The notes below the pieces were generated by a model. That model was not told the origin of the DNA. It did no database searches and saw nothing but the letters and a program-made list of their open reading frames with translations. The position numbers and the translations under genes were made by a program. Shown here piece by piece: positions 12,101 through 24,100 of a DNA stretch of 64,000 nucleotides. Each line of letters begins with the position of its first letter. Within the stretch, counting starts at the first letter, position 1. The stretch covers positions 46,688,001 through 46,752,000 of the forward strand of contig NC_086097.1 in NCBI RefSeq assembly GCF_963921235.1. Reading direction: 5' to 3'. Source of the stretch: Mobula hypostoma (Eukaryota).

Positions 12101-15100
12101 CCTGTCACCTGTTTTCCTACATTCATCTCTTCCAATTCTTGTTGATTTGGAGAGGTCTGCTGTGCAGTATGTAGACAAGTACTGAATCCTCACGTTGCTT
12201 TGAGACTTGTGGTAAAGACCACATGCTTGTGCACAATGTCCTGAAGAAGCGTCTTTGCCCAAAAAGTCGAATGTTTAGTCATTTCCAAAGAAGCTGCTGA
12301 TCTGCTGAGTTCCTCCAGCATTTTGTGTGTTTTTCTTTGAAATGTAGTCTGCTTTCCAGCCTTGCAGCCAAAATAATCACATTGAGCTTGCTCTACACTG
12401 AACCAGAGTAATGTAAGATTTTCAAATCCATTTCAATGTAACCATTGTCCATTTAAAATATTTTTGACTGAATGACTTAAAGATATTACTATAAATAAAC
12501 TATCAGATATATCTTAATAACATTTTCATTTTATTTTCCTAAGTACAGAAAAGGCACTGATTTTTTTATAAATTGTATTTAGAAGTACTTCCAAAAAGCA
12601 AGACAATGTCAAATACGGAAATGGTGTTAAATGATAATTTACCCAGTGCCAAGGATTCACCAGGTCAAGGCCAGACTGCTGGTAATACTTCGGATATTGA
12701 AGATGGAAGAAATAAAATGAGTCAAAGACCCTTCAAAAACAGTGAGAATGAAAGCAGCAATGCAGAAGCCAAAGTGCCTGATGAAAGTCCAAAAGAACAG
12801 AATGCATTCTTTAAAAATATTTACCGATTAAGTAAGAGGAAATTAAGTTCCTCATCTCTAAAAACTTCAGACAATGATAAAGCAAGGGTTATGTCAAATG
12901 AAAACACAGCTTATAACCTAACAGAAGAAGAAGTCTGCGTGGAAGATAAGACAGTTGAAAACACGAAGTCTCCATTGTCAGGTAAAAATATAGACATTAA
13001 TTAGGGGTAAAACGCATTGAAGTGTTTTGTGTTCCTTGCAAAGAAAGAGCTGCATTACAGCTGTTTGATCTCTCAAATTATGCACTTTTTTTGTCATTAA
13101 TCTAATGGATAAATTAAACTCTTCTGTTAGCATGGAAGCATAGCAGTTAGTGTACACTTCGCTGTGCTATCTGTCTGATCGGACTTGAATTCTCCCCATG
13201 ACTGCATGAGTTGCCTCCAATGTTCCAGTGGTACAAATTAGGGTTACTAAGTTGTACACATAAGACATCGGAGCAGAATTAGGCTGTTCAGCCAATTGAA
13301 TGTGCTCAGACATTCAATCATAGCTGACTTATTCTCCCACTCAACTCCATTCTTCTACCTTCTCCCCATAATCTTTGATACCCTTACTAATCAAGAACCT
13401 ATCAACCTAAGACTGGTTCCACAAAGAAGCAATTTTTCAAAGAATGACTGAACAGATATTTTGTAATTAAATTTCTCTAGCATGCTTTGACTGTCTGTTT
13501 CAATTTTCTACTGACTTCAATGTCAGAATTATTTGCAAATGCTATCAGTAGTTCAGTGTTGCATATAAATTGTATTTATCACATATAAGACTGTTCCACC
13601 TGAAACACCCTGGTTTCCTCGGCTGCGTAACTCTATGGAAGACTATCTCTAGCCCCAACAAACTTGTGAGACTGTCAGCCAGTTTGGGTTATTGTTGAAG
13701 ATAAAGGGATGATGTGGAATGTGTGCCATCCAATTAGCGGGAGGTTTTTCTTGGTGAGGGACAGTAAGGTTGGTCTTGGGCTTTTGTTCGAGAGGAGATG
13801 AAGAAAATGAAGAGAGATGACAATGGGGAGAACCGGTCGTAGCATACGATCTAGTGGGAGACCCATTCATTCGAGGTGGATTGCGAGCAACATTCGGAAG
13901 GTGGTGTGTGCTTTCACGTTGACCGAGGGCCCAGAGCATGAGTGACAGAGAAGTTCCAGATGAGCTCCAACTTGTGCACGTTTGACTGTTTAATTAGAAT
14001 GGGCCCTTTTCTTTTTGTTACTTTTTACTAAACTCATAGGTAAGATTCATAAATATAATTCCTTTAATCGTATACAGTGTACCGTCTGTTATCTCGTGGC
14101 ATTAATTTGTAATAGGGTAGCGAATTACGCAGCATCCACACAAACAGGGTTTGGGGGGCTCGAGCCCTAATCTCACACGTTTGGCTGGGCCGGAGATGGT
14201 CTTCCCGAGACTTGTGCAGCCGAGGAAACCAGTGTTTCATATGCTTCCCAGGTAGCCCCAAATTCTTTGAGGACTCAATCTCCCAGCATGAGTTGGGAGA
14301 ACCTAACCTTTTGATCATAACTCTTCTTATTTCCTTGATTTTGCTTGGCAGCTGCAACTTCAGCTAATTCATAAGTCTTTTTCAGCTCCTTCTCATATCA
14401 GACAGATACTTCAGATAACTCGTCAGTGGTGGATCTCCCAAAACAAAAAGTCGATGGGCAACCTCGCCTCGCACCCAAACATCAGCTAATATGGCGAGTA
14501 CCTGGTAGCTTCATTTCGTGTAGAGTTGTAACTGTGGACCAGATGTCCAATATGCAAACTCCACTTGTTCTTTTTGCTGATCTCCAAGGTTCTGAGCATG
14601 TCTAGCAAGGTGGGATTAAACCTCTCAGGCTGGGGATCACCCTGTGGGTGATCAGGCATAGTCCTTGACTTCTTGACTCCGTTCAGTAACTCATGTATGA
14701 GCCTACTCTCGAAATCCCGTCTCCGATCACTATGACACCACGTGGGGAGGCCATATTAAATGAAATGCTTCTCCCATAACGCTTTGGCCACCGTGGATGC
14801 CCTCTGATTCTTGGTAGGGAAGGTTTGTGCATATCTGGTGTAGTGGTCCGTGATGACTGAGGCATTCGCCATGTTGCTGGCATCTGGCTCTATTGACAGG
14901 ACGTACATACACACCAGGTCAAGGGGACCCGCACTCTGTAAGTGGGACAATGGAGCTGCCCTCATAGGCAGCGTTTTACTCCATATGCATCGAATGCACA
15001 ACTTGCTGTACTCTTTGACCTCAGACTTCATTCTGGGCCAGTAAAACCAATCTCTGAGCAATCTCGTCAACCCCCAAATGTCCAGAATCTTCATGCAGTG

Positions 15101-18100
15101 ACTTCAACACAATCCTCCGATACTTCTCAGGCAGAACCAGCTGGGAACGTCAAGTTAGGTCCAAAAGTGACATGACTCAGTATAGGATCTGGTTCCTCAA
15201 CTCCAACCTGGGCCATTCTCTCAGTAATGGAGGCACCACAGCGTGTCTCGTCTTCTCCGCTTGGGCCATGTCTCCTTTTTCGACCACTGTCCAAATGGGA
15301 CTGATGCCTGAGTAATCTCGCTGAATAGCTGCCGCTTCCCCAGGACTCAATTCCAGTAACTGGTTTGTCTACGAAGCAGTGAGGTTACAGTAAACTTGTG
15401 GAATGTCGTCATTAGAAGCTCCCAATTTATCTACCGCTCAATCCTGCCCCTGCTTTCTGTCTGTTTTCGCCGTGATGGCAAACTGGCACATGGCTTTCAT
15501 TCCTGGGGCGGGAACGCTCTCCCACTCTCCGTTCCTATCCAGCCCTTCATGCGCACGTCGGGACAAAGCATCAGCATCAACGTTCCTACTTCCCGGCCGG
15601 TACTTCAGGTTGTAATCATAGGCAGACAACACCGCCAACCACCGATGGCCTGTGGCATCCAATTTCACCAAGGTCAGGATATAAGTTAGGGGATTGTTAT
15701 CCGCCCTCATCTCAAACTTGGCACCATAGAGGTAGTCACTCAACTTATCCACCACAGCCCATTTCAACGCCAGAACTCCAACTTGTGTGTGGGATAGACT
15801 CAGAGGGTGACAGACTCCGGCTGACAAATTCAGCAGGTCTCAACCCTGTGCCCTGATCCCCATAAGCCCTGTCTGCTGGCAGCCATCTGCAGTACATACA
15901 CCAATTGGGGGTCTGCAAAAGCCAGCACAGACTCTTGTGTCAGCAGCTCCTTCAGCGATTGAAAGGCCTCTTCACATTTCGCATCCCATCTTGCTCCAAA
16001 GGACTAAGCTAATCTTTACCCTCCTCTCCTTTTGTCCTCCTCCCTTTCTTCCCCAAGAGAGGGTAACCACACAGAAGCTGATTTTAAAGGGTGACTCACT
16101 TTCACATAGTCCTTCAGGGAACTCCGATAGTACCTACAGAACCCAAGGAATGAGCACAAAGCGCTCAGTCTGGGGCCTTGGCCATGTGGTCACTGCCTCT
16201 ATCTTAGATAGATCTGTAGCTACTCCATCCCATAAGACTATGTACCCAACATAGCCGACAGATGTCTTGCAGAACTGGCACTTCTCCAGGGAAAGTTTTA
16301 ACCCTTCACCTTTAAGGTGGCCCAGCACATTCAGTAGCCTCGCTTCATGTTCCTCCAAGGTGGACCCAAACACTGATGTCATCCAGATACACCAATACCT
16401 CAGGCAAGTTCATATCTCCCACCATTTTCTCCATGACATGCTGGAAAGTCGCAGGAGCTCCTGATATGCCCTAGGGCATCCTTTCAAACTGGGGGAATCC
16501 CAGTGGACATGTAAATGCCATCTTGTCTTTGTCAGCCTCATGCATTTCTGGTAATATCCACTCCTCAAATCCAGCACACCGAACCACTTTGCACCACTCA
16601 GACAGGCCAGCGCGACTTTGATCCTCGGGACCGTATACTGGTCGGGGCCAGTACACCTGTTCAGAGTCCTATAGTCCACACACATCCGTACCTTCCTATT
16701 CTTCTTGCTGGCCACTACTACTGGGGACGCATAGGGGCTTCTGAACTCAGTGATGATCCCAGCTTCCTTCAGCTTCCACAAATACTGCCGAACATCTTCG
16801 ATCTCTGCAGGGGCCAGTCGCCACGACCTCTCTCGGAACAGGGTTTCCTCGGTCACCCAGATAGTGTAACGAGTGCTCTTGGAACGACCCATGTCAAACT
16901 TGTCAGTAGAAAAGACACCTTCCAGCTTCAGCATCCACTCTGTCAACCTCCTCTTCCAACCTGCAGGTACCAGGGAGCCTTCAAAGTTGAATGACTGAGC
17001 AGTCAACTTTCCCTTTTTTGAAGAGAGTTTCTCCCCGGCTCATCTCGCTGGCACATTAGACATTACCGTCACCTGGAAGAGATGTGCCAGGGGCATCCCC
17101 TGCTTGAAGGTGATCTCCCTCTTTGTAGTGTTCCTGACAATCACTGCCATCCTGTTCACCTGTACCACTGAGGACTTCTGCACATCAGGCCTCACTAATA
17201 CCCCAGCAGGGATGCCTGACTCCTCTTCGTCATCTTCCGGAGCATCCACCGAGAGGGGCTCAGCCTCAGGCATTCTGGGAAATTTGTGGTTTCCCATCAC
17301 TCTCACTACTTCCCCAAGCTGTAACACGAGTGGTGAACCACACAGTCCCTCGTCTAAGCTCATTATCCGGCCCAGTGTGGCCATGCACTTCCTCAAAAGC
17401 AGCTCGAAACACCGTGTGAATGGACAATGTTTTCAGAAAGCTCTCTCCTTGCAGGCCCCCTCTAGCCTCCTCACAATAGGAGTATTTGTCCCCACAAGAA
17501 TTGAAACTCCACCCTCCTCAACGGGGTCTGGACAAACCAGCGCTAATATATCAAGAACCTCAGCCACTCCCACATCAGCCTCCAAAAACTCCAGCTTCAC
17601 TGACAAATAACCATCATATGGATAATCACCCGTACCAAGTCCCCAAGTGCACTGAGTGGCGTCAATGGTAAATACATCAATACTGGTTGTAAAACGAACA
17701 GTTCAGCAAAGTGACCTGCAAGCCTGTGTCAAGTTTGGCTGTAGCATAAATGCCCTTTATCCATAGCGAGGTCCTGGAGCTTGGCCTCATTAAGCCTTCA
17801 GGAATAGAGGTTTTTGCTTTAGAGTGTTCCGTGACATATTGCTGGGAACGTGTTCCCCCTGAGAGGACACTGGGTCTCTTCTAAGTTTCTCGACATTTCT
17901 CTCTGCTTAGGTACCCGGCGGCTCACCCTCTGATGGGTTTTCTGATGCTCACGCTCCCGCCTGAAGAGTCCCTCTTCACCACAGTTATAACAGACAACAC
18001 TGGCTGCACCCCTTCTGTGTAGTCTGTCCCCTTGGGGGGTCAGCCTCCCTATCAGCTCCCAGGGGGTGCACTGTACCCGCTAATAACAGCCGGGACACCT

Positions 18101-21100
18101 CAGTTCTCAACTCTGCCACGATCTCCTTTCCCACTCCCCGGGGTGGGCTATCTGCACCCCGCAATGCAGTGGCTACTACCGAGGACTGTACCCTGCTAAC
18201 GGAGTCCTCCTTGTGCCTCTGATGCATGCTCCTCCTCTCGTATTTCTCTGATCAACTCAACAAACCCGGGGGGGGGCATTTTACGAGACAGTCGGAGACT
18301 CCAAGCGATCAGGTTCTGGGACTGGGTGCCTTTCGCTCTTTGGTCCATTCTTAACCGATCCACCTCAGTCGTCTGAATGGTCCCTCTACACTGCAAGCAA
18401 TTTAGTCACAGTCATAGTAGTCATAGTCATACTTTATTGATCCCGGGGGAAATTGGTTTCCGTTACAGTTGCACCATAAATAATTAAATAGTAATAAAAC
18501 CATAGATAGTTAAATAGTAATATGTAAATTATGCCAGGAAATAAGTCCAGGACCAGCCTATTGGCTCAGGGTGTCTGACCCTCCAAGGGAGGAGTTGTAA
18601 AGTTTGATGGCCACAGGCAGGAATGACTTCCTATGACGCTCTGTGTTGCATCTCGGTGGAATGAGTCTCTGGCTGAATGTACTCCTGTGCCCACCCAGTA
18701 CATTATGTAGTGGATGGGAGACATTGTCCAAGATGGCATGCAACTTGGACAGCATCCTCTTTTCAGACACCACCGTCAGAGAGTCCAGTTCCATCCCCAC
18801 AACATCACTGGCCTTACGAATTAGTTTGTTGATTCTGTTGGTGTCTGCTACCCTCAGCCTGCTGCCCCAGCACACAACAGCAAACATGATAGCACTGGCC
18901 ACCACAGACTCGTAGAACACCCTCAGCATCGTCCAGCAGATGTTAAAGGACCTCAGTCTCCTCAGGAAATAGAAACGGCTCTGACCCTTCTTGTAGACAG
19001 CCTCAGTGTTCTTTGACCAGTCCAGTTTATTGTCAATTTGTATCCCCAGGTATTTGTAATCCTCCACCATGTCCACACTGACCCCCTGGATGGAAACAGG
19101 GGTCACCGGTACCTTAGCTCACCTCAGGTCTACCACCAGCTCCTTAGTCTCTTTCACATTAAGCTGCAGATAATTCTGCTCACACCATGTGACAAAGTTT
19201 CCTGCCGTAGCCCTGTACTCAGCCTCATCTCCCTTGCTGATGCATCCAACTATGGCAGAGTCATCAGAAAACTTCTGAAGATGACAAGACTCTGTGCAGT
19301 AGTTGAAGCAGCTGCCTCTCTAGCTGAAATATGTAAGTAGAAAGCTCCTCCCCCTTCTCCTGACACATGTTCTGAAACCCCGTCATGAGCTCTATTGGAC
19401 TACCCGTTGCACCAAACAGCTTCTCTAGTGCTTGCATGCAGGTTGCAGAAGTGAGCAAGGGGGTTCCGTGCCTCTACGGCTCCCACTACATCAGCAGCCC
19501 GCGAACTCAAGCTCTCAGCCACTCGCTAACTCTTTCTGTCATCAGGGCACTGTCACTTATCTAAAAACTGAGAGATCTTCTCCACCCAAGTCTCATACTC
19601 CTCTTCCCCCTCGGGGCTGGTCTTCACCCCAGAGAGCATTCTCAGCTTTCGATAGCTAGGACCCTCTGCCTGGGCACTGGGCCATTTATTCACCAGGGAG
19701 GTAAGGGCTGATAGTAACTCTGAAGTCCCACTCTCCGCTAGGGGACTCATTAGACATTTCAAATCAGACCACTCCTTTCCCTCGCTCCGCAGAAACGAGC
19801 GTAACCTACCTTTGAAGTCTCCGCCCTCAGCTACGGGAGACTCAGCTTGCGATTTGGCCCACCCTCCTACACTCGTTTCCCCCCGGAAAGTATGGTCAGC
19901 CTATGGCCCCCCTTCCCCAGGACCCCAATAGTACCAGGCAGTTCCACCATTGTTACGTCAGCACTAGACTGGCTTAAAACAAAGTCTTTGACCGCCATTT
20001 TAACAAACCTCTGCTCCACAATCATAACTGTTCCTGCGGCTTTAACAGTACTTAAAGTTCGAATTAACAATTCATCAGGGATACGAATGTCTACTCCACT
20101 CAACACACAAGCGTTCGTTCCCAGTAACCCCACAGATTCGCACCACCGCTCAACCCCTGTAGCATCCATAAGCACATATCGTAATCACATTACTGGACAA
20201 TAGTTTAGCACAGACCCTCTGGATCAATGATCAGGGCAATCACACAGCATCCAATGAAATCGATCCCGGATGATACACCCAGAACGAAACACCCTGTGTC
20301 CCTTGGCTGCGTAAGTCTAGGAACGACAATTTCTGGCCCCACCAAACTTGTGAGATTGAGACATGAGCCCACCCTGAACCCCATTTGTGTGGATGCTGTG
20401 TAATTCATTATCCCATTACAAATGAGTGGCACAGAATATCAGACAGTACACTGCATACAATGAAAAGGTTTATCTTTATAATTCTTAATTTGTCTAAAAG
20501 ATTAGTAAAGAAAAGAACAAAAAAGAAAAGGGCCTATTTTAATGAAATTGTCTGGTGTGCACTAGTTGGAGCTCACAGTTTCCCCAAGTCACCAATCCTC
20601 AATCAGTCTCACCCCGAGCTTCGTCGAATCACTGTTCCACTCTGGGTTGAATCCTACAACCTCTTCTCTCCGGCACCTTCTCCCTTCATCTCTGTCGAAA
20701 CACAAAAAAAACCCCAAGCCCAACCTTAATGTCCCTCACCAGAGAAACCTCACCTCCTCACTTCATCTCTTATCTTCAACACTAACACAGACATAAGCTA
20801 AAAACAAGCAGCTCGCACAGAACAGCACGAAATGAGATAAATACAGCATAACAGTAAAAAAATATAAACCAGGGATTACACACCAATACGTGTAAATAAC
20901 CAAGTGTAGCAATGTCATAAAAACCTGTTCTCCTTCCCAAGACCCACGGACTTGTGGTTTAGTTTAACATTCCAGCAACAAATGTGCCTGCAGTAACTGA
21001 TTGCTGGGAGGTGAAAGATTTAAAAGGGTCCTGAGGGACAACTTATTTGTGCAAAGCATGTTGCCTTTATGGAATAGGTTGTCAGAGAATGTGGTTAAAG

Positions 21101-24100
21101 CAGATATAGTAACAACATGTAAAAGATATTTAATTATTGTGTAAGCCTCGTCATTTAAACCCATGAGGACCCAGAGTCTTCCAGCCCACAGCTCCAACAA
21201 CAAGTTCAGTACAACTGCCCAGTCACCTGTAATTTTCCTACATTCATCTCTTCCGATTCTTGTTCATTTGGAGAGGTCTGCTGTGCAGTATGTAGACAAG
21301 TACTGAATCCTTACGTTGCTGTGAGACTTGTGGTAAAGACCACATGCTTGTGCACAATGTCCTGAAGAAGCATCTTTGCCCAAAAAGTCGACTGTTTAGT
21401 CGTTTCCAAAGAAGCTGCTGATCTACTGAGTTCCTCCAGCATTTTTTGTGTTTTTCTTTGAAATGTACAGTCTGCTTTCCAGCCTTGCAACCAAAATAAT
21501 CACATTGAACTTGCTCTACATTGAACCAGAGTAATGTAACCCATTGTCCATTTAAAATATTTTAACTGAATGATTTAAAGGTTTACTATAAGTAAACTAT
21601 CAGATATATTTTAATAGAATTTTTATTTTATTTTCCTAAGTACAGAAAAGGCACTGATTTTTTAAAAATTGTATTTAGAAGTACTTCCGAAAAGCAAGAT
21701 AATGTCAAATACGGAAATGGTGTTAAATGACAATTTACCCGGTGCCAAGGATTCACCAAGTCAAGGCCAGACTGCTGGTAATACTTCAGATATTGAAGAT
21801 GGAAGAAATAAAATGGGTCAAAGACCCTTCAAAAACAGTGAGAACGAAAGCAGCAATGCAGAAGCCAAAGTGCCTGATGAAAGTCCAAAAGAACAGAATG
21901 CATTCTTTAAAAACATTTACCGATTAAGTAGGAGGAAATTAAGTTTCTCACCTCCAAAAACTTCAGACAATGAGAAAACAAAGGTTATGTCAAATGAAAA
22001 CACAGCTTATAACCTAACAGAAGAAGAAGTGTGTGTGGAAGATAAGACAGTTGAAAACACAACGTCTCCATTGTCAGGTAAAAATATAGATATTAATTAT
22101 GGGTAAAACGTGTTGAAGTGTTTCGTGTTCCTTGCAAAGAAAGAGCTGCATTACAGCTGTTTGATCTCTCAAATTATGCACTTTTATTGTCATTAATCTA
22201 ATAGATAAGTTGAAAACACAAAGTCTCCATTGTCAGGTAAAAAAATACAGACATTAATTAGGGGTAACACACATTGAAGTGTTTCATGTTCCTTGCAGAG
22301 GAAAAAACAGCTGCATTACAGGATCCATGGACTTGTGGTTCTGTTTAACATCCCAGCTACAATTGTGGTTGCAGTTGACTAATTGTTAGGAGGTGAAAGA
22401 TCTTAGAAACCCGAGAGACAACTTCTTTGTGCAGAGGGTGGTGCCTTTATGAAATAAGTTGTCAGAGCATACAGTTGAAGCAGATACAATTACGCCATTT
22501 ACAAGTAACTTAGCTAATTATTGAGTAGGCCATTTCTTTTAAGTCCCATCAGAAACACAGAGGCTAGCAGCCTACAGCTCCAACAACCTGTTCAGTACAA
22601 CTGCCCTGGTAACTGTAGTTTTCCTGCATTCTTCTCTTCCAGTTCCTTTTACATTTGGAGAGTTCTGCTGAGCAGCATGCAGACATATACTGAGTCACTG
22701 AGAGTTGTTTTGAGACTTGTGGTAAGGGGCATATGCTTGCACACAATGCTCTGAAGAAGGGTCTCAGCCGAAAGGTCGACTGTTTATTCATTTCCATTGA
22801 TGCTGCATTTTGTGCGTGTTGCACATGCTTGCAAAGTCATTTCCACGTAGTAACAATGGTGATCACCAATAGTTTTGTTAACAATGCAGCCTGCATAATT
22901 TGGGCCAATATTTATAATAAATTATAAACTTTTCCATAGTTAGAAGGCCCCGAAAGTAAACTTGTTGAAGATAAATAAACAAATAGTTTCAAAGCTGAGG
23001 TGGATGAAGTTAGAAAGTGATGGCGTGCAAATACATGGGAAGAGATGAATCCCACACATTAACTAGACTCAGGTACAGTGCTTAGTGAATTAGAATCATA
23101 GAGTGATACAGCATGGACACAGGTCCTTCATTCTAACTAGTGCATGTTGACTATGGTACTTACCAAGCTAGTTACATTTGCTCATGTTTTACCATAACAC
23201 CATAAGATATAGGAGCAGAATTAAGCCATTTGGCCCATCGAGTCTGTTCTGCCATTTCATCATGGCTGATCCACTTTTCCTCTCAGCCCCAATTTCCTGC
23301 CTTCTCCCTATATCCCTTCATGACTGACCAATCAAGAATCTATCAACCTTACCCTAAATATACATTCAGACTTGGGCCTCCACAGCTGCCTGTGGCAAAG
23401 AATTCCACAGATTCGGCACTCTCCGGCTGAAGAAATGCCTCCTCACCTCCCCTCCACTCTGAGGCTGTGTCCTCTGGTCTTAGACTCTCACCATAGGAAA
23501 CATCATCCCCACATCGACCCTATCAATTCAATAAGTTTCAATGAGGTTATTCCTCATTCTTCTAAATTCTAATGAATACAGGCCCAGAGCCATGAAACAC
23601 TATTCGTATGACAAGCCATTCAATCCTGGAATCATTTTTGTGATCCTCTTTTGAACCCTCTCCAGTTTCAGCACATCCTTTCAAAGATAAGGAGCCCAAA
23701 ACTGCTCACAGTACTCCAAGCAGACATCCCACCCTACAAAAACTCATTTCAGGGAGGTAGCAGCCCCGCCCCCCGCAACCCCATATCCACCCCCCCATCG
23801 TCAACCTCAAAGCATGTATGTAATACTTTGTTTAGTGATTTTGTCTAATCTGTAAACTAAGTTGGGTATATGCAGAAAATATGAGATTAAAATATGTACA
23901 TATATTATATGATTACATTATATTATCATGTTTATTCTATTACAACTTTAAGCAAGTCTACGGGGAGTTTGGCCTCATCACGTAGGACATCAACAGAGTA
24001 GCTCCTTGGCAGCTAGCCAGTTAGTTTAAATAACGTTCGCTACACTAATGAACGAATAACATCTGTTAAACTCACCTCAACATGTCTTTTACTATTTAAC

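Larger units (their letters stand above)
13601..20880 (-). mobile_element. Gypsy/Ty3 retrotransposon (PNMA-like gag, protease, RT, RNase H, integrase; decayed) with 4-bp TSD CACC
   Basis: TG...CA ends; CACC at 13597-13600 and 20881-20884; gag [16 protein letters not shown]; degenerate CCHC near 17960-18000; protease LDTG near 17725; [22 protein letters not shown] and YLDD near 16380; RNase [18 protein letters not shown]; integrase FYWPRM..C..C and DHYTRYA. Confidence 0.93.
8096..22320 (+). repeat. Tandem segmental triplication (unit about 1.75 kb without insertions) containing coding exon A, plus a partial fourth copy
   Basis: Near-identical blocks (about 90-95% by eye) start at about 8096, 11930 and 21050. 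A CR1 interrupts unit 1 and a Gypsy interrupts unit 2. Partial copy at 22204-22320. Confidence 0.95.

Noticed and set aside
18000..20175. Domesticated PNMA-like gag gene
   Set aside because: Frameshifted, interrupted by a Rex1-like LINE, with a broken zinc knuckle, and still embedded in the parent element.
13601..20880. DIRS-type element, suggested by the inverted termini
   Set aside because: It encodes a DDE integrase and protease and has a TSD; no tyrosine recombinase was seen.
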